Virus record (IMG/VR): IMGVR_UViG_3300032753_002463
Span: 32,933 to 96,932 of that record
Source of the DNA: a virus
Reading direction: 5' to 3' (one strand)
Length of the DNA stretch: 64,000 bases
Part shown: positions 1 to 10,602 of the stretch, in pieces
How positions within the stretch are numbered: the stretch's first letter is position 1
How the letters are laid out: the number at the start of each line of letters is the position of its first letter
Translations under genes and position numbers: made by a program
Notes under the pieces: model-generated
The model's input: the letters and a program-made list of their open reading frames with translations, nothing else
Database searches by the model: none
Told to the model about the DNA's origin: nothing

Positions 1-2
1 TG

Positions 3-887
3 GCTTGTTCCAGTAGCCCCTAATGCATTAGTAGTAATCACTCCAGGATCACCAAGAACGGATTCATCAAAAATGGATAACATGGGTAATCCATTTGGTC
101 CTATAGTTCCGCCTGAAATGTCTCTTCCCTCTAAATATTCAGTATTAATAGGATCTACTGGCATATTGGTCCATGTTTTCCCGGGATAGTAGTTATTATC
201 AGCAGTAGTTTGAAATAAAATTACTGGTGTATTACCATCTGATGTTGGTACATGTATGTAAACTTCAGTATAAGCGTTATTTTGGTTTTGCACAGAGTTT
301 ACAATATCACACTCACCAACATATTGAACTACCCTATTATACCTAGGTACAGAACTACCATTTCCAACTGTATTAGTATCCTCTTCTACCCATCTTTTCT
401 GGGATTGGGGGAATCCATTTACAACACTAGTTGTTGTCTGGTCTAATGCAGAATTAACTTCATTAGAGTTAGCGGGTCTAAATCTTATACCTCCCAATTC
501 TTTCAGCCATTTAAAAAATGCCCTCTCTGCTATACCTAATTTAAGAGTTGTATTATAATTAGGATCCGATAATATCGTAGCTTCTAGATTTAGACAATAG
601 TTTTGGAACGAAATTTCCAAATTAGGGCTAAGATTATTGGGATTTACTAGATTGAATGTATTGGTAGCAACATCTAAAAAAGTAGTATCTATCGTATCAA
701 ATTGAATGGAATTCTCATTGTATATAGGCTTTTGAAACGGAGGTATGTTCAGCAAAACAAATTTAGAGAACTTGAATTTATTTACCGAATTATTAAAAGT
801 AAAAGAAAGATCCTCCGACGCAGAAGAAAATGTATAAAAGGTTCCTCCTGTTACTTGTAAGGGTCTAATGAAAGGGGTTTTAGCCAT
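3..887 (-). CDS. Partial ORF (runs off window start), probable virion structural protein (MAKTPFIRPLQVTGGTFYTFSSASEDL...)
   Basis: Manual translation from the ATG at 887; not in the ORF track because it has no stop inside the window; co-oriented with the 907-1836 gene. Confidence 0.7.
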   Translation of the reverse strand, partial: MAKTPFIRPLQVTGGTFYTFSSASEDLSFTFNNSVNKFKFSKFVLLNIPPFQKPIYNENSIQFDTIDTTFLDVATNTFNLVNPNNLSPNLEISFQNYCLNLEATILSDPNYNTTLKLGIAERAFFKWLKELGGIRFRPANSNEVNSALDQTTTSVVNGFPQSQKRWVEEDTNTVGNGSSVPRYNRVVQYVGECDIVNSVQNQNNAYTEVYIHVPTSDGNTPVILFQTTADNNYYPGKTWTNMPVDPINTEYLEGRDISGGTIGPNGLPMLSIFDESVLGDPGVITTNALGATGTS

Positions 888-906
888 TTTGTGTTATGTT
901 ATGTTA

Positions 907-1836
907 TTAGAAGCTTGTTATCAAGCTAGAAGATAATACTGCCCATGAACCTTTTTGGGTTGAAGCAGTTTGACTAATTCTTGGCTCCCATAATAAATTT
1001 AAGGAAGTTCTATAAGGATGACCACTTGGTACTGTTATTCCTGCAGTATTATATTGACCATTTACTGTATTAAAGCCAGTATAATAATATCCCGTAGCAG
1101 ATGGACCAGTAATACCAGTACCAATTTTTCCACCAGTTGGACTAGTATTAATAATTGTTATTTTATATCCATTTGGTAATACAGAAGCCGTACCCCCACT
1201 TGCTCCTGCTACCTGGAAGAAAAATCCAGTAGCATTTGCAGAATCAGCACCAGCAGCACTTACATAAGCACAATTAGCATAAATTACGCTTTCTTGTCCA
1301 GTTAATACATAAGGAGTGCTAAAAGTACCAGTAATTCCGCCACCTCCTGCAGTAATGGCTAAAAATGGAAGACCTGAGCCAGATGCAGATTTTGTATTTT
1401 TTTCAGTAAATATACCAGTAGCACCATTTTGCATTTCATCCATGGAAATTAAAGTACCACCAAAAATACCAGTAGCACCAAAACTAGCAGGTCCAGTAGC
1501 GCTAATTACATTGAATGTTCCTGTTCCAGAAACAGCTAAATTTAGTGTACTCAGGGTCCCAGACAAACTACCATTTCCAGCACTAGCACCCGTTCCATAA
1601 AAATTAATAGTTGGGGATCCTGCAGCAGGTAAAGTAAGGCTATTAAAAAATCCACCCTGTGCTTTTAATTGACCACTAATTGCTGTAGATATATCCAAGG
1701 ATCCGGTAACAGTGTTCAGATTAAAAGTATTCTCAATATCGTTAATTTCATTCTCTATTAGAAGAAAATTAGCATTTAGAGTAAGCCTATCTCCTGCAAT
1801 TGAATTACTACCAAGGAGTTCTGTGATTGTTATCAT
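907..1836 (-). CDS. Gly/Ser/Thr-rich virion structural (tail/baseplate-associated) protein
   Basis: 309 aa, beta-rich G/S/T/A composition; TATATATA-type motif upstream at 1857-1865. Confidence 0.5.
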   Translation of the reverse strand: MITITELLGSNSIAGDRLTLNANFLLIENEINDIENTFNLNTVTGSLDISTAISGQLKAQGGFFNSLTLPAAGSPTINFYGTGASAGNGSLSGTLSTLNLAVSGTGTFNVISATGPASFGATGIFGGTLISMDEMQNGATGIFTEKNTKSASGSGLPFLAITAGGGGITGTFSTPYVLTGQESVIYANCAYVSAAGADSANATGFFFQVAGASGGTASVLPNGYKITIINTSPTGGKIGTGITGPSATGYYYTGFNTVNGQYNTAGITVPSGHPYRTSLNLLWEPRISQTASTQKGSWAVLSSSLITSF

Positions 1837-1968
1837 TATTACTTTTTTTATTAGAATATATATACTAGATGCTAAGGATTACTAAATTTCATAGCCCTTC
1901 AATATCAATGTTATTACTATTACTACAAACCTTCATTATAGTTTCACTAATAAAATAAAATTCCAAAA

Positions 1969-2664
1969 ATGGAAAAAAAAGAGCCCGGATACACCGACAA
2001 GAAGAGTAATCAAGAGAAGAAGAAACCAAAAGGTGAGATTAAATTCCAAATCTCCCTAAATGAAGAGCAAAAATTAGCAAAACAAATTATTTTAGAAAAC
2101 ACGGTAACCGTCATAAAAGGGATGGCGGGTTCTGGTAAAACTTTAGTTGCTGCTCAAGTTGGTTTAGATCTTTTATTTAAAAGGGAAGTAGAAAGAATTG
2201 TTATTGCCAGACCCATGGTAGCAAGAACTGACATGGGAGCTCTTCCTGGATCAGCAGAGGATAAATTACATCCTTGGTTAATACCAATTTACGCTAATCT
2301 TTATATCCTTTATAATAAAATGAGCATTGATAAGTTAGTAGAAGAGGGAGTGATCGAAATATTACCATTCCAATTTATGAGGGGAAGAACCTTAACTGAT
2401 TCTTTTGTAATAATCGACGAAGCCCAAAATATTACTAATGAAGAAATGGAAATGGTTATAGGTAGATTAGGCAAGGAATCCAAAATGGTTTTTTGCGGTG
2501 ATAATTCTCAGATAGATCTTAAAAATAAGAAAGATAGTGGCTTAGATTTTTTAAAAACAATAGAAGGACGTGTTACTGGATTAAAAAATGTAGTTTTACT
2601 ACAAAATCACAGGCATCCTATAGTTAAAGAGATACTGGATGTCTATAAAGAGTATAGGGATTAA
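1969..2664 (+). CDS. phoH: PhoH-family ATPase
   Basis: GMAGSGKT Walker A, LPG..EDK, MRGRT, IIDEAQN, RLG..SK, GD..Q.DL, RHP.V motifs. Confidence 0.95.
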   Translation: MEKKEPGYTDKKSNQEKKKPKGEIKFQISLNEEQKLAKQIILENTVTVIKGMAGSGKTLVAAQVGLDLLFKREVERIVIARPMVARTDMGALPGSAEDKLHPWLIPIYANLYILYNKMSIDKLVEEGVIEILPFQFMRGRTLTDSFVIIDEAQNITNEEMEMVIGRLGKESKMVFCGDNSQIDLKNKKDSGLDFLKTIEGRVTGLKNVVLLQNHRHPIVKEILDVYKEYRD

Positions 2665-2677
2665 AACACTAAATTAG

Positions 2678-2737
2678 AAAAGCCCGGCAGAAATAATGAT
2701 AGCGAAATTAGATCGTCATTATTTCTGCCGGGCTTTT
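2678..2737. terminator. Perfect 22-bp inverted repeat, bidirectional intrinsic terminator
   Basis: aaaagcccggcagaaataatga-N16-tcattatttctgccgggctttt between convergent phoH and the 2530-aa gene. Confidence 0.85.
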
Positions 2738-5700
2738 TTAATATGGATAAATAGCTTGATCTCTAAAATCATTGCTGTTTATAATATGTGGGACAGTTTC
2801 TCCGTTAAATATAGCACTATGATCAACAACCCTAATATAAGCATTTTTCGTAGTTGTGTATATATTTCCATTAGTATCCTCTATAGTAATTACAAGATCA
2901 AAATATCCAGGGACAGTAAAGGTCCAAATAAAATAAGGCACGTCCTTTACATCAACTATTACATTTCCTGTAGATTGCTCAATTAATTGCCATTCATGAT
3001 TTTTCTTGCCCGGTATATTAGAGTCCAATGGATTTATAAATACTGGCGTTCCTATAGGTATTTCAAATTCCCCTTTATAAATTCTCTTATCAGAATATCC
3101 CCAACTTTGTGTACCTAGCCAAGAAACTGGGCCGGCAAAAGATTTTCCTGGAATATAACTTTGATGTGGAATTTTTCCGACGAATAGATTATTGTTTCCT
3201 GTTGGATTAGGAGATATTAATAAATCCCCTGTTATAATTGATCCCGAAAGATATCCGGTTAAATAGATATTTTCTTCGGTATCTAATGATATTGATAATC
3301 CTTCGTCTGCTGATATACTCCCAATAGTAGTTATATCTATTATAGTACCATCTATTTCTAATTTTATCAAAAGAACATCACTTGCTCCTACTGAGTTTTC
3401 ATGGAATGGTTGGTAATTATTGTCAGGAGAGAAAGACCCAGTATAAGAACCTAACATATAGATCCTACCTTCACTATCGATATCTATATCATGTAAACAA
3501 TCACCTAAACTACTTCCTACATTTTTAGCGAATATAAAATTTCCTGTTGTTAAAAATTTAAATATTCCATATTCTAAAGAGTCTGGACAACTTATGCTAG
3601 TTTTATTAAGGGTCAAAGTCCCATTAAAGGAAACACCAAGAACTAATTCTCCATTAGTAGATAATTTTATTATTGGAGAAAGGGAGGTCCTAATAAAATC
3701 AGTGTTGCTAATTATGTTTGTCCAATTTGATGTAAATGTTAAAGAATTATATGAAGATAGTAAAATATTCTGCCCATTAATATCCTTATTATAATAAGCA
3801 ATATAAAGGTCATTATAATTACCCAATGCTAAACTCGGGCTATATTCCGGTTTTCCAGACTCAATCTTTCTTAAATATATAACATTACCATTACTATCTA
3901 CATTAGCTATATAGATCTCATTTAGTGATGGACCATAGCTAGAAGTAATAGACCAAACTCCACTCGTAAGTGTGCCATTGAATTCTCCTGCTATATAAAG
4001 ATTATTAGCATCATCAACAACAATATCGATATTTTCATTATATGTTGTACTTGCAGATGGAGTAAATAATTCAGTAAATCCTATGAAAGTACCATTCCAA
4101 TCCCATCTTATTAAAAAATTTGATGGCTGTTCGCTTGATAAATTATTCCCGTTTTTTTGTTTATATCCAACAACATATACATTTCCTAATCTATCTAATT
4201 TTATAGAGCTTGGTATAAAATCCTCACCGTATGGGGGATTCGGTTCCCCATACATTCTAACCCATTGTATAATACCTACACTATTATATTTTGCAACAAA
4301 TACTGAAATACAATTAGGAGAATTTATTGTTGTTGTTGACCCACTATTAATATTGTTTGGAGACCCAAAATAAATTGTTCCCTGAAAATATCCGGTTACA
4401 TAAATATATCCGTCATCTCCTACTACAATTTTTATTCCTCTATCCTGATAATTATCACCAATACTTATTAACCATTCGAAATCCGAAAACTGATCCCTAG
4501 CTTTTTTATCAGCAGACCTTTCTATCGGAGAATTTCTCCAATATTCTTCCTTAATAGCAGATCCATTTAATATATCTCTTAATGGGGCATCTAAAAATAA
4601 ATGATCAGGGTTTAGCTCCGGATGATTTTTTGTTATTTGGCTAAAATCAAAACCAGCCCAATCTGGTACCTTCCAGGAATATCCATCAACGAATGGAAAA
4701 TTAGGCCTAAAATTATCGGCTAGTATATAATTTCCATTAACAGGGCCTACTAAGAAATTGAAATTTATTAATCCATATGCAATTCCGCTAGGAGAAGATA
4801 ATTCTATAGAGGGTAAGGATCTACTACTATTATAGTATATAAAATCCCAGCCATCATTACCAGGAAAATTACTAGTAGCTTGTATATGTGGTATTACATA
4901 ATCAATTTGTTTTAATGCTTGAGTAGAGCTGAGATAAAATATATTTCCTGGATATTGTGTATAAGCCCCATCTATTGTTTTTACTTTATTTACTAAAATC
5001 CAAGTATTCTCTCTATGCAAGGAAGCTGGAGATCCTGGATTTAGATAAGGGGCAAAGGTAACGCTATTTCCGGGCTCGTTGGTATATCTAATGAAATCAT
5101 CCCCATTAAAATATCCTAAAAAATAATTAGTTCCATTACTAATAGTAAAGAATATATTTCCGTGGCCTACTGTTATGATATTACTATATACTTCCCCACT
5201 TAATAATCCTGCACTATTTCCTGGATTCCATACTGCCCATATATCACCATCATAATAAGTTATACCTGAATCAGTCCCAATCCATTTATTATTGATTTCA
5301 TCTATGCAAATAGAATATACATTATTAGATAATAAACCAGAATTATTAGTTTGGTAATTAAAAAATTTAATCCTATCATACAGGGATATTCCGTTTCCAG
5401 TAGCAATCCAAAGGATTTTATTACCATCTTTATAGTCAAATATCATTTGTCTAATATCAGTAGACAGTAGTCCATCACTAGTATTATGTATTTCAAACTC
5501 CTGACTATCACCATCATAGTATAATAACCAATTTGTTGCATGATCGAAAGTAATAGAAATAGCAAAATCCCTGTTTCTATCATCTATAGCTAATGCAGTA
5601 ATATTAGCGGTAGTAAAATGGTAAGGAATTATGATATTATTAGAATTTGTTGTTATTGATCCCGTTTCAGAAACGAATGCTGTTATATTATTTATATTAT

Positions 5701-8700
5701 TAGTATCAATAATTTGTAATGGAACTGCACCCTGTCCATAATACCATAAATTACCTTTCCTATCTATTTGTAAGTATGTCCCTGGATAGCTTAATGTAAT
5801 TAAATCTATATTAGTTGGAGATTTGAAGACATGAATATTATTACCGTCTGCCATATAAATTTCCCCGTAAAGACCTCTACAAATTGAGGTTGGGTTAAAT
5901 CCTAGGGATCCATAAGTAGTAGTAATTTCATCCATTGGTCCTAAACCAGTTGAGAATGGAATCATAGCATAGAATTCTGTTACTACTAAGTGAGCCCCAG
6001 GGGAGCTAATTTTGATATATCTTGCAGTTACATTAACTATAAATTCTTCTATACCTTGAGTAAAGGTACCAGTATTAAATAACAAGATCCAATTTATCCC
6101 GTCTAACGAGTAGCTTACAGATTTATTTTGTGTAAATGTAGGGCCCCAGCTCCCCGTCATAGAAGAAGAGAAATCACAGCCAATTACAACACTTGTAATT
6201 GGCATTGGCTGATTAAGATCTAATTGAATCCATTCATTTGAGCTATTTGAAGTAACTGTTTGATTTAATTCCCTATAGCTTCCATTAGTCATACTTGTAT
6301 AATCCGCAGCTACATAACCACTATAAACCGAACTTTGTGTATATGTTATATGGGGAGCTATAATATCCTCTATTAAATTATTCCCAAGACTATCGTAGGA
6401 ACCATAAACCCTGGAATATCCCCTTACTTGATAGTTAAATTTAGAAATTCCAGGATCTTGGGATTGATTTAATTGGTTAGCAACATCATAAAGAAACATA
6501 GGATATCCCGGAGAAGTACTTGTCCCTATTAAAACACCTGGATTATTTTTACCAACCTTAATTGTATCCCCATATCTTATATTATATAAATCAAATCCTC
6601 CATTCCAATCCCCATGAAAATCATACATCGACCATGTTTGTGAATATAATTGATCCCAGGAAATGTCAGTGAAGGAGTCCCAATTTATTTCTTTACTACC
6701 CCAATTTTTCATTTCTGAAATAGGTAGTGGGTCACCTGGACTATAATAAATATAATTCTCCGTCTGATTAGCTCCACCTGCTAATGCTGGTGTAATTGAA
6801 TTAGTCAAAACAGTATCTCCGATATTTAAAACTAATGAGCCGGTAGTAGTTATATTGATCACTTGTCCATTATATGCAGAGCCAGTATTATCAGGGGATT
6901 CCATTATAATATTATACAAAAATACATTACTTGATATACCAGCTACTGTAGTTGGTGTATAATTCATAATAGTGAATTGTGGGTCTAGTGTTCCCCCATT
7001 CATCAAGGAATATAAAGTTCCAGCAGTACTTCCAATAGATCCATCATAATCAACATTTATATAACTTCTCTCGGAGATAGAAATATTCAGTGATCCCCCA
7101 CCAGTAACATAATTTCCTACTGTTGTTATAGTATTATAAATTATTAGAGGTATTATAAATGTAGTAGCAGTAACACTCAATACCGAATATTCTCCTGTTA
7201 TAGAATTTGTGCTATTGTCTTTAATAAACACAGAATCACCAGGACTAATTCCATGGGCATCTGCGGTAGTTACTGTTGCTGGCCCAAAACCTACACCATA
7301 TAAACTGGAGATGGAAATTATTTGATGCGAGACGACTCCCAAATTAAAATTAAGATTAGCTTTAATTTCAGGTATAGGTGTTAAAACATTACATTCTTGA
7401 CCATCATAATAGTGATTTCCATATTCTGAATATGTTAAATTAATCTGAGATGTCTGAGGTTGAGGATTTTGTTGTTCAATTGGAAATTGCCATTGACAAT
7501 CGTAGTCATCCCAAGTTTCTATCATTTGATCCCAGGTGTATATTTCAGCTTGCCTGAACCTTGCTATCGAAGTTAATTCAATGTTTCTTGGTTCTACTGT
7601 TATATAATCTATGAAATATCCAGTAGAGGTATCATTAAAACTATTCCAAATTTTACATTTGACTGTATAATTACCAATATAGGGGAGAATTTGAGGGATC
7701 CTCCAATAATCTTTTAGATTTCCCCTAAATTGGTAATTGTACGGATTATCACCAACCTTACTAATTGTCCATTCTATTTCATAATAGCCAACAAATCTTA
7801 AGTTATCCCATGAATAAAGTCCATCAGATCCTTGAGTATAGTTATAATACGTCATTGCAATCCTTTGACTAAAAATATTAGTTATAGATACATTCCATTC
7901 CGTAAATTCTCCTGATCCAACATAATAAAGAAAAAGTAGATTTGTTATCCCAGTCACATTATTATAAGACTGTACTTCTCCAACAAAATAATCATTGGAA
8001 TCAGCCATAAATTGTAATTGTACTTTCCCTCCTAGAGGATTTAATAATCCTGTTAGTCCTACTGGTAAGGTGACAGTTAATGGAGTCAAAAAATCCGAAT
8101 CAACCTGTATAGGAAAAGAAAGATTAGATGTAATTAATGGTATCCCTGTATATGCAGGTAAATCAGCAGAAGAAGATAACGTAGTATCATAAGTGGATAT
8201 ATTAGTATCTAAATTATCCCAAGTAGTACTAACATCATCCATGGTTATATTAAAACAAGAGACCTCTAAAACAGTAGGAAATCCACCGGGTAAATAATAT
8301 GGTGTATTATCTTGATATCTAATATATCCTGGGCCATTATAATCCCCATCGCCAAGATCAAATTTACCATTATTATTTATTAGATCTGTATGATAAGCAA
8401 TAATGGCATCAGCAATCGAAGAAGCTTCCTCTGGAGTATAAGATTGGCTGTAAGGGTTTAAGTCAACAGTATTTCCAAAATCACTAGAATCTGTGTTACC
8501 CTCATATCCGGGAACAAATGGTAATTGAGGCAAAGAGGAATTTGATCTTGTTTGGAAAGCTCGTAGATCCTCAACATATCCACTTTGTGGAGAAGCACTG
8601 ATTGTTATATCTAAGCCTAAACTTATTTCATCTATCTTCAACGTATCAATCCATCCTCTAGGCTTATTAATGGAAAAATAAAATCCTTCTCCTGTAATAT

Positions 8701-10330
8701 CAATTATTTTTGCTGTTACTGGTAAATAAGTAGTTAATAGTTTTTGTTTTAATGCGAATAATTTAATCAAGACCTCTTGTGGAGAAAACAGAAAGGAATT
8801 CTGTGTAACCGGATATCCCCACTCATCTTCCTGATTTGGTATAATTTCATTAATGTCATAAAATAATCCAAATAAAGGAGTTTTTTTATAAGAGGTAGAT
8901 GGAAATATTTGTTCCAATGATGATTGAATACTAAAAGTTCCGTCATCATTTGGTCCATAAACTATAACCTGCTTATATTTTCCACTATTTTCGTCATCTA
9001 ATAAATTGTTTATTAGCGTAGATTGATTATAAGGGGTAGCTTGTAAATTATCCAGAAATTTGGAATTCTGTTGGAATGCAGTTAAATTACTCGAGGAGGA
9101 TTTTGTTATATTTAACCAATACTCCTTTATAGTTAAATCCTGGTATCCAAAGAAAGTTATTATATTTACTAATCCTTTATAAGAACCTAAGTATGGAAAT
9201 ATTTCAGATGCCTGCAAAAGTAATTCCTTTCTTTTTCTATTTAGTATAATGTAATCAGGATATGGCTCTTCTGGATCACTATCCCTCAATATCCCTGCAT
9301 CCTCCTTATTAAACTGCTGTCCTATATTTCCTAATAAAACATTCAATCTTTCATCTTCTTCAATTACTTCCCCTACTAATTCTACCCTTAGTATTGTTAC
9401 TGGCAATGCTTGTGTTATATCCTCTATTATTAAGGATCTACCAATCAATGCTCCCTGGTCAGAATTAAGTGCAATATTAATACCTATGCTACTAGAGTTA
9501 ATGGCCGAACTTTTTCTTACTCCATCTAATACTATATCACCAACAGCCCAAGAAGTCGGAAAATTTATTTCCGAGAGATTCAATATAACAGGGGCATCTA
9601 ATGTTGGATCATTAATAAGATTATATTGATACAATCTACTAGAAACATCATTTGCATCTTCTATTTGATAGACGTAGCAATTTTGATTTGCCGCAGTTAC
9701 CAAAAAAGATTTATTAACATTAATAGTAGTACCAACAATAGATATTATTTTAGTCTCTGCTGGAATTCCTTCCCCTGTAATATTATATCCCGGGGTAAGT
9801 AAAGATAAATCGCTAAAACTTGTCAAATAAGTATTTCCTGCTGTAAAGGACGCAATTATAGAAGGGACTTCATCAAAATCTACTATATTATAATTAGTTT
9901 CAAATCTTGTTCTCCAAGCAGCAAAAGAAATTGGACCTGTCCCGCTAGATGTGGCATTACCTGATAAAGTTGCTATGTTATCATTTATACCTAATATAGT
10001 TCCAGTAAAATAAGCTGAAAATATATAAGATCCTATTAGGTCACTACTTAAATCACCGGAAAGCGTAACAGTATTAGTAGAAATAACAAAAGTCCCAATT
10101 ATTCCCATTGGATTTCCATAAACACCCGGGGTATCCGAATGAGGCAATCCATAAGTATAATTAGAATTTATATCTCTTAACTTTTCAACAGCAAAAATAT
10201 GCTCAACCTCAAATAGGTCTACAGATACCTGTGGTAATAGTATTCTTCCTTCCCAGAATGTTCCATTCCAAGAAAAATTATGCTGATTTCCACTTTTGTT
10301 AAAGAATAATATATTTTGATAAGTACTCAT
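2738..10330 (-). CDS. Giant baseplate wedge/adhesin protein (gp7-like) with discoidin F5/8C, Reg_prop and SBBP beta-propeller repeats and C-terminal PKD/Ig domain
   Basis: Follows gp25- and gp6-like genes; EWIQLDL..PMPITSV (discoidin); GLLSNNVYSICIDEINNKWIGTDSGI (Reg_prop); DRGIKIVVGDDGYIYVTGYFQG repeats (SBBP); WTFTVPGYFDLVITIED (PKD). Confidence 0.65.
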   Translation of the reverse strand: MSTYQNILFFNKSGNQHNFSWNGTFWEGRILLPQVSVDLFEVEHIFAVEKLRDINSNYTYGLPHSDTPGVYGNPMGIIGTFVISTNTVTLSGDLSSDLIGSYIFSAYFTGTILGINDNIATLSGNATSSGTGPISFAAWRTRFETNYNIVDFDEVPSIIASFTAGNTYLTSFSDLSLLTPGYNITGEGIPAETKIISIVGTTINVNKSFLVTAANQNCYVYQIEDANDVSSRLYQYNLINDPTLDAPVILNLSEINFPTSWAVGDIVLDGVRKSSAINSSSIGINIALNSDQGALIGRSLIIEDITQALPVTILRVELVGEVIEEDERLNVLLGNIGQQFNKEDAGILRDSDPEEPYPDYIILNRKRKELLLQASEIFPYLGSYKGLVNIITFFGYQDLTIKEYWLNITKSSSSNLTAFQQNSKFLDNLQATPYNQSTLINNLLDDENSGKYKQVIVYGPNDDGTFSIQSSLEQIFPSTSYKKTPLFGLFYDINEIIPNQEDEWGYPVTQNSFLFSPQEVLIKLFALKQKLLTTYLPVTAKIIDITGEGFYFSINKPRGWIDTLKIDEISLGLDITISASPQSGYVEDLRAFQTRSNSSLPQLPFVPGYEGNTDSSDFGNTVDLNPYSQSYTPEEASSIADAIIAYHTDLINNNGKFDLGDGDYNGPGYIRYQDNTPYYLPGGFPTVLEVSCFNITMDDVSTTWDNLDTNISTYDTTLSSSADLPAYTGIPLITSNLSFPIQVDSDFLTPLTVTLPVGLTGLLNPLGGKVQLQFMADSNDYFVGEVQSYNNVTGITNLLFLYYVGSGEFTEWNVSITNIFSQRIAMTYYNYTQGSDGLYSWDNLRFVGYYEIEWTISKVGDNPYNYQFRGNLKDYWRIPQILPYIGNYTVKCKIWNSFNDTSTGYFIDYITVEPRNIELTSIARFRQAEIYTWDQMIETWDDYDCQWQFPIEQQNPQPQTSQINLTYSEYGNHYYDGQECNVLTPIPEIKANLNFNLGVVSHQIISISSLYGVGFGPATVTTADAHGISPGDSVFIKDNSTNSITGEYSVLSVTATTFIIPLIIYNTITTVGNYVTGGGSLNISISERSYINVDYDGSIGSTAGTLYSLMNGGTLDPQFTIMNYTPTTVAGISSNVFLYNIIMESPDNTGSAYNGQVINITTTGSLVLNIGDTVLTNSITPALAGGANQTENYIYYSPGDPLPISEMKNWGSKEINWDSFTDISWDQLYSQTWSMYDFHGDWNGGFDLYNIRYGDTIKVGKNNPGVLIGTSTSPGYPMFLYDVANQLNQSQDPGISKFNYQVRGYSRVYGSYDSLGNNLIEDIIAPHITYTQSSVYSGYVAADYTSMTNGSYRELNQTVTSNSSNEWIQLDLNQPMPITSVVIGCDFSSSMTGSWGPTFTQNKSVSYSLDGINWILLFNTGTFTQGIEEFIVNVTARYIKISSPGAHLVVTEFYAMIPFSTGLGPMDEITTTYGSLGFNPTSICRGLYGEIYMADGNNIHVFKSPTNIDLITLSYPGTYLQIDRKGNLWYYGQGAVPLQIIDTNNINNITAFVSETGSITTNSNNIIIPYHFTTANITALAIDDRNRDFAISITFDHATNWLLYYDGDSQEFEIHNTSDGLLSTDIRQMIFDYKDGNKILWIATGNGISLYDRIKFFNYQTNNSGLLSNNVYSICIDEINNKWIGTDSGITYYDGDIWAVWNPGNSAGLLSGEVYSNIITVGHGNIFFTISNGTNYFLGYFNGDDFIRYTNEPGNSVTFAPYLNPGSPASLHRENTWILVNKVKTIDGAYTQYPGNIFYLSSTQALKQIDYVIPHIQATSNFPGNDGWDFIYYNSSRSLPSIELSSPSGIAYGLINFNFLVGPVNGNYILADNFRPNFPFVDGYSWKVPDWAGFDFSQITKNHPELNPDHLFLDAPLRDILNGSAIKEEYWRNSPIERSADKKARDQFSDFEWLISIGDNYQDRGIKIVVGDDGYIYVTGYFQGTIYFGSPNNINSGSTTTINSPNCISVFVAKYNSVGIIQWVRMYGEPNPPYGEDFIPSSIKLDRLGNVYVVGYKQKNGNNLSSEQPSNFLIRWDWNGTFIGFTELFTPSASTTYNENIDIVVDDANNLYIAGEFNGTLTSGVWSITSSYGPSLNEIYIANVDSNGNVIYLRKIESGKPEYSPSLALGNYNDLYIAYYNKDINGQNILLSSYNSLTFTSNWTNIISNTDFIRTSLSPIIKLSTNGELVLGVSFNGTLTLNKTSISCPDSLEYGIFKFLTTGNFIFAKNVGSSLGDCLHDIDIDSEGRIYMLGSYTGSFSPDNNYQPFHENSVGASDVLLIKLEIDGTIIDITTIGSISADEGLSISLDTEENIYLTGYLSGSIITGDLLISPNPTGNNNLFVGKIPHQSYIPGKSFAGPVSWLGTQSWGYSDKRIYKGEFEIPIGTPVFINPLDSNIPGKKNHEWQLIEQSTGNVIVDVKDVPYFIWTFTVPGYFDLVITIEDTNGNIYTTTKNAYIRVVDHSAIFNGETVPHIINSNDFRDQAIYPY

Positions 10331-10602
10331 TATCTTACATGTTTGTTATTTTTAGAAACCATAAAATTCTTATAATTCCTAATCATCTTTGCTGATTCTA
10401 TTAATCTATAAACCACTTTTTCTAATGATACTAAAATAGCTGATCTATTAGCATCCCCGTTATAAGTAATATTAGATAAAGAATTAGCAAATATATTACC
10501 TTCATAATTATAACCTGCATTAGGTATATTATCTTTTTGGGTAGCCATAAATTCATAATAGCTTTTCCTACCAGTAACGAATATGTATTTCTTTTTTTTC
10601 AT
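10330..10602 (-). CDS. Small protein in the baseplate operon
   Basis: 90-aa ORF abutting both neighbours; true start may be the internal MATQKD. Confidence 0.55.
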   Translation of the reverse strand: MKKKKYIFVTGRKSYYEFMATQKDNIPNAGYNYEGNIFANSLSNITYNGDANRSAILVSLEKVVYRLIESAKMIRNYKNFMVSKNNKHVR

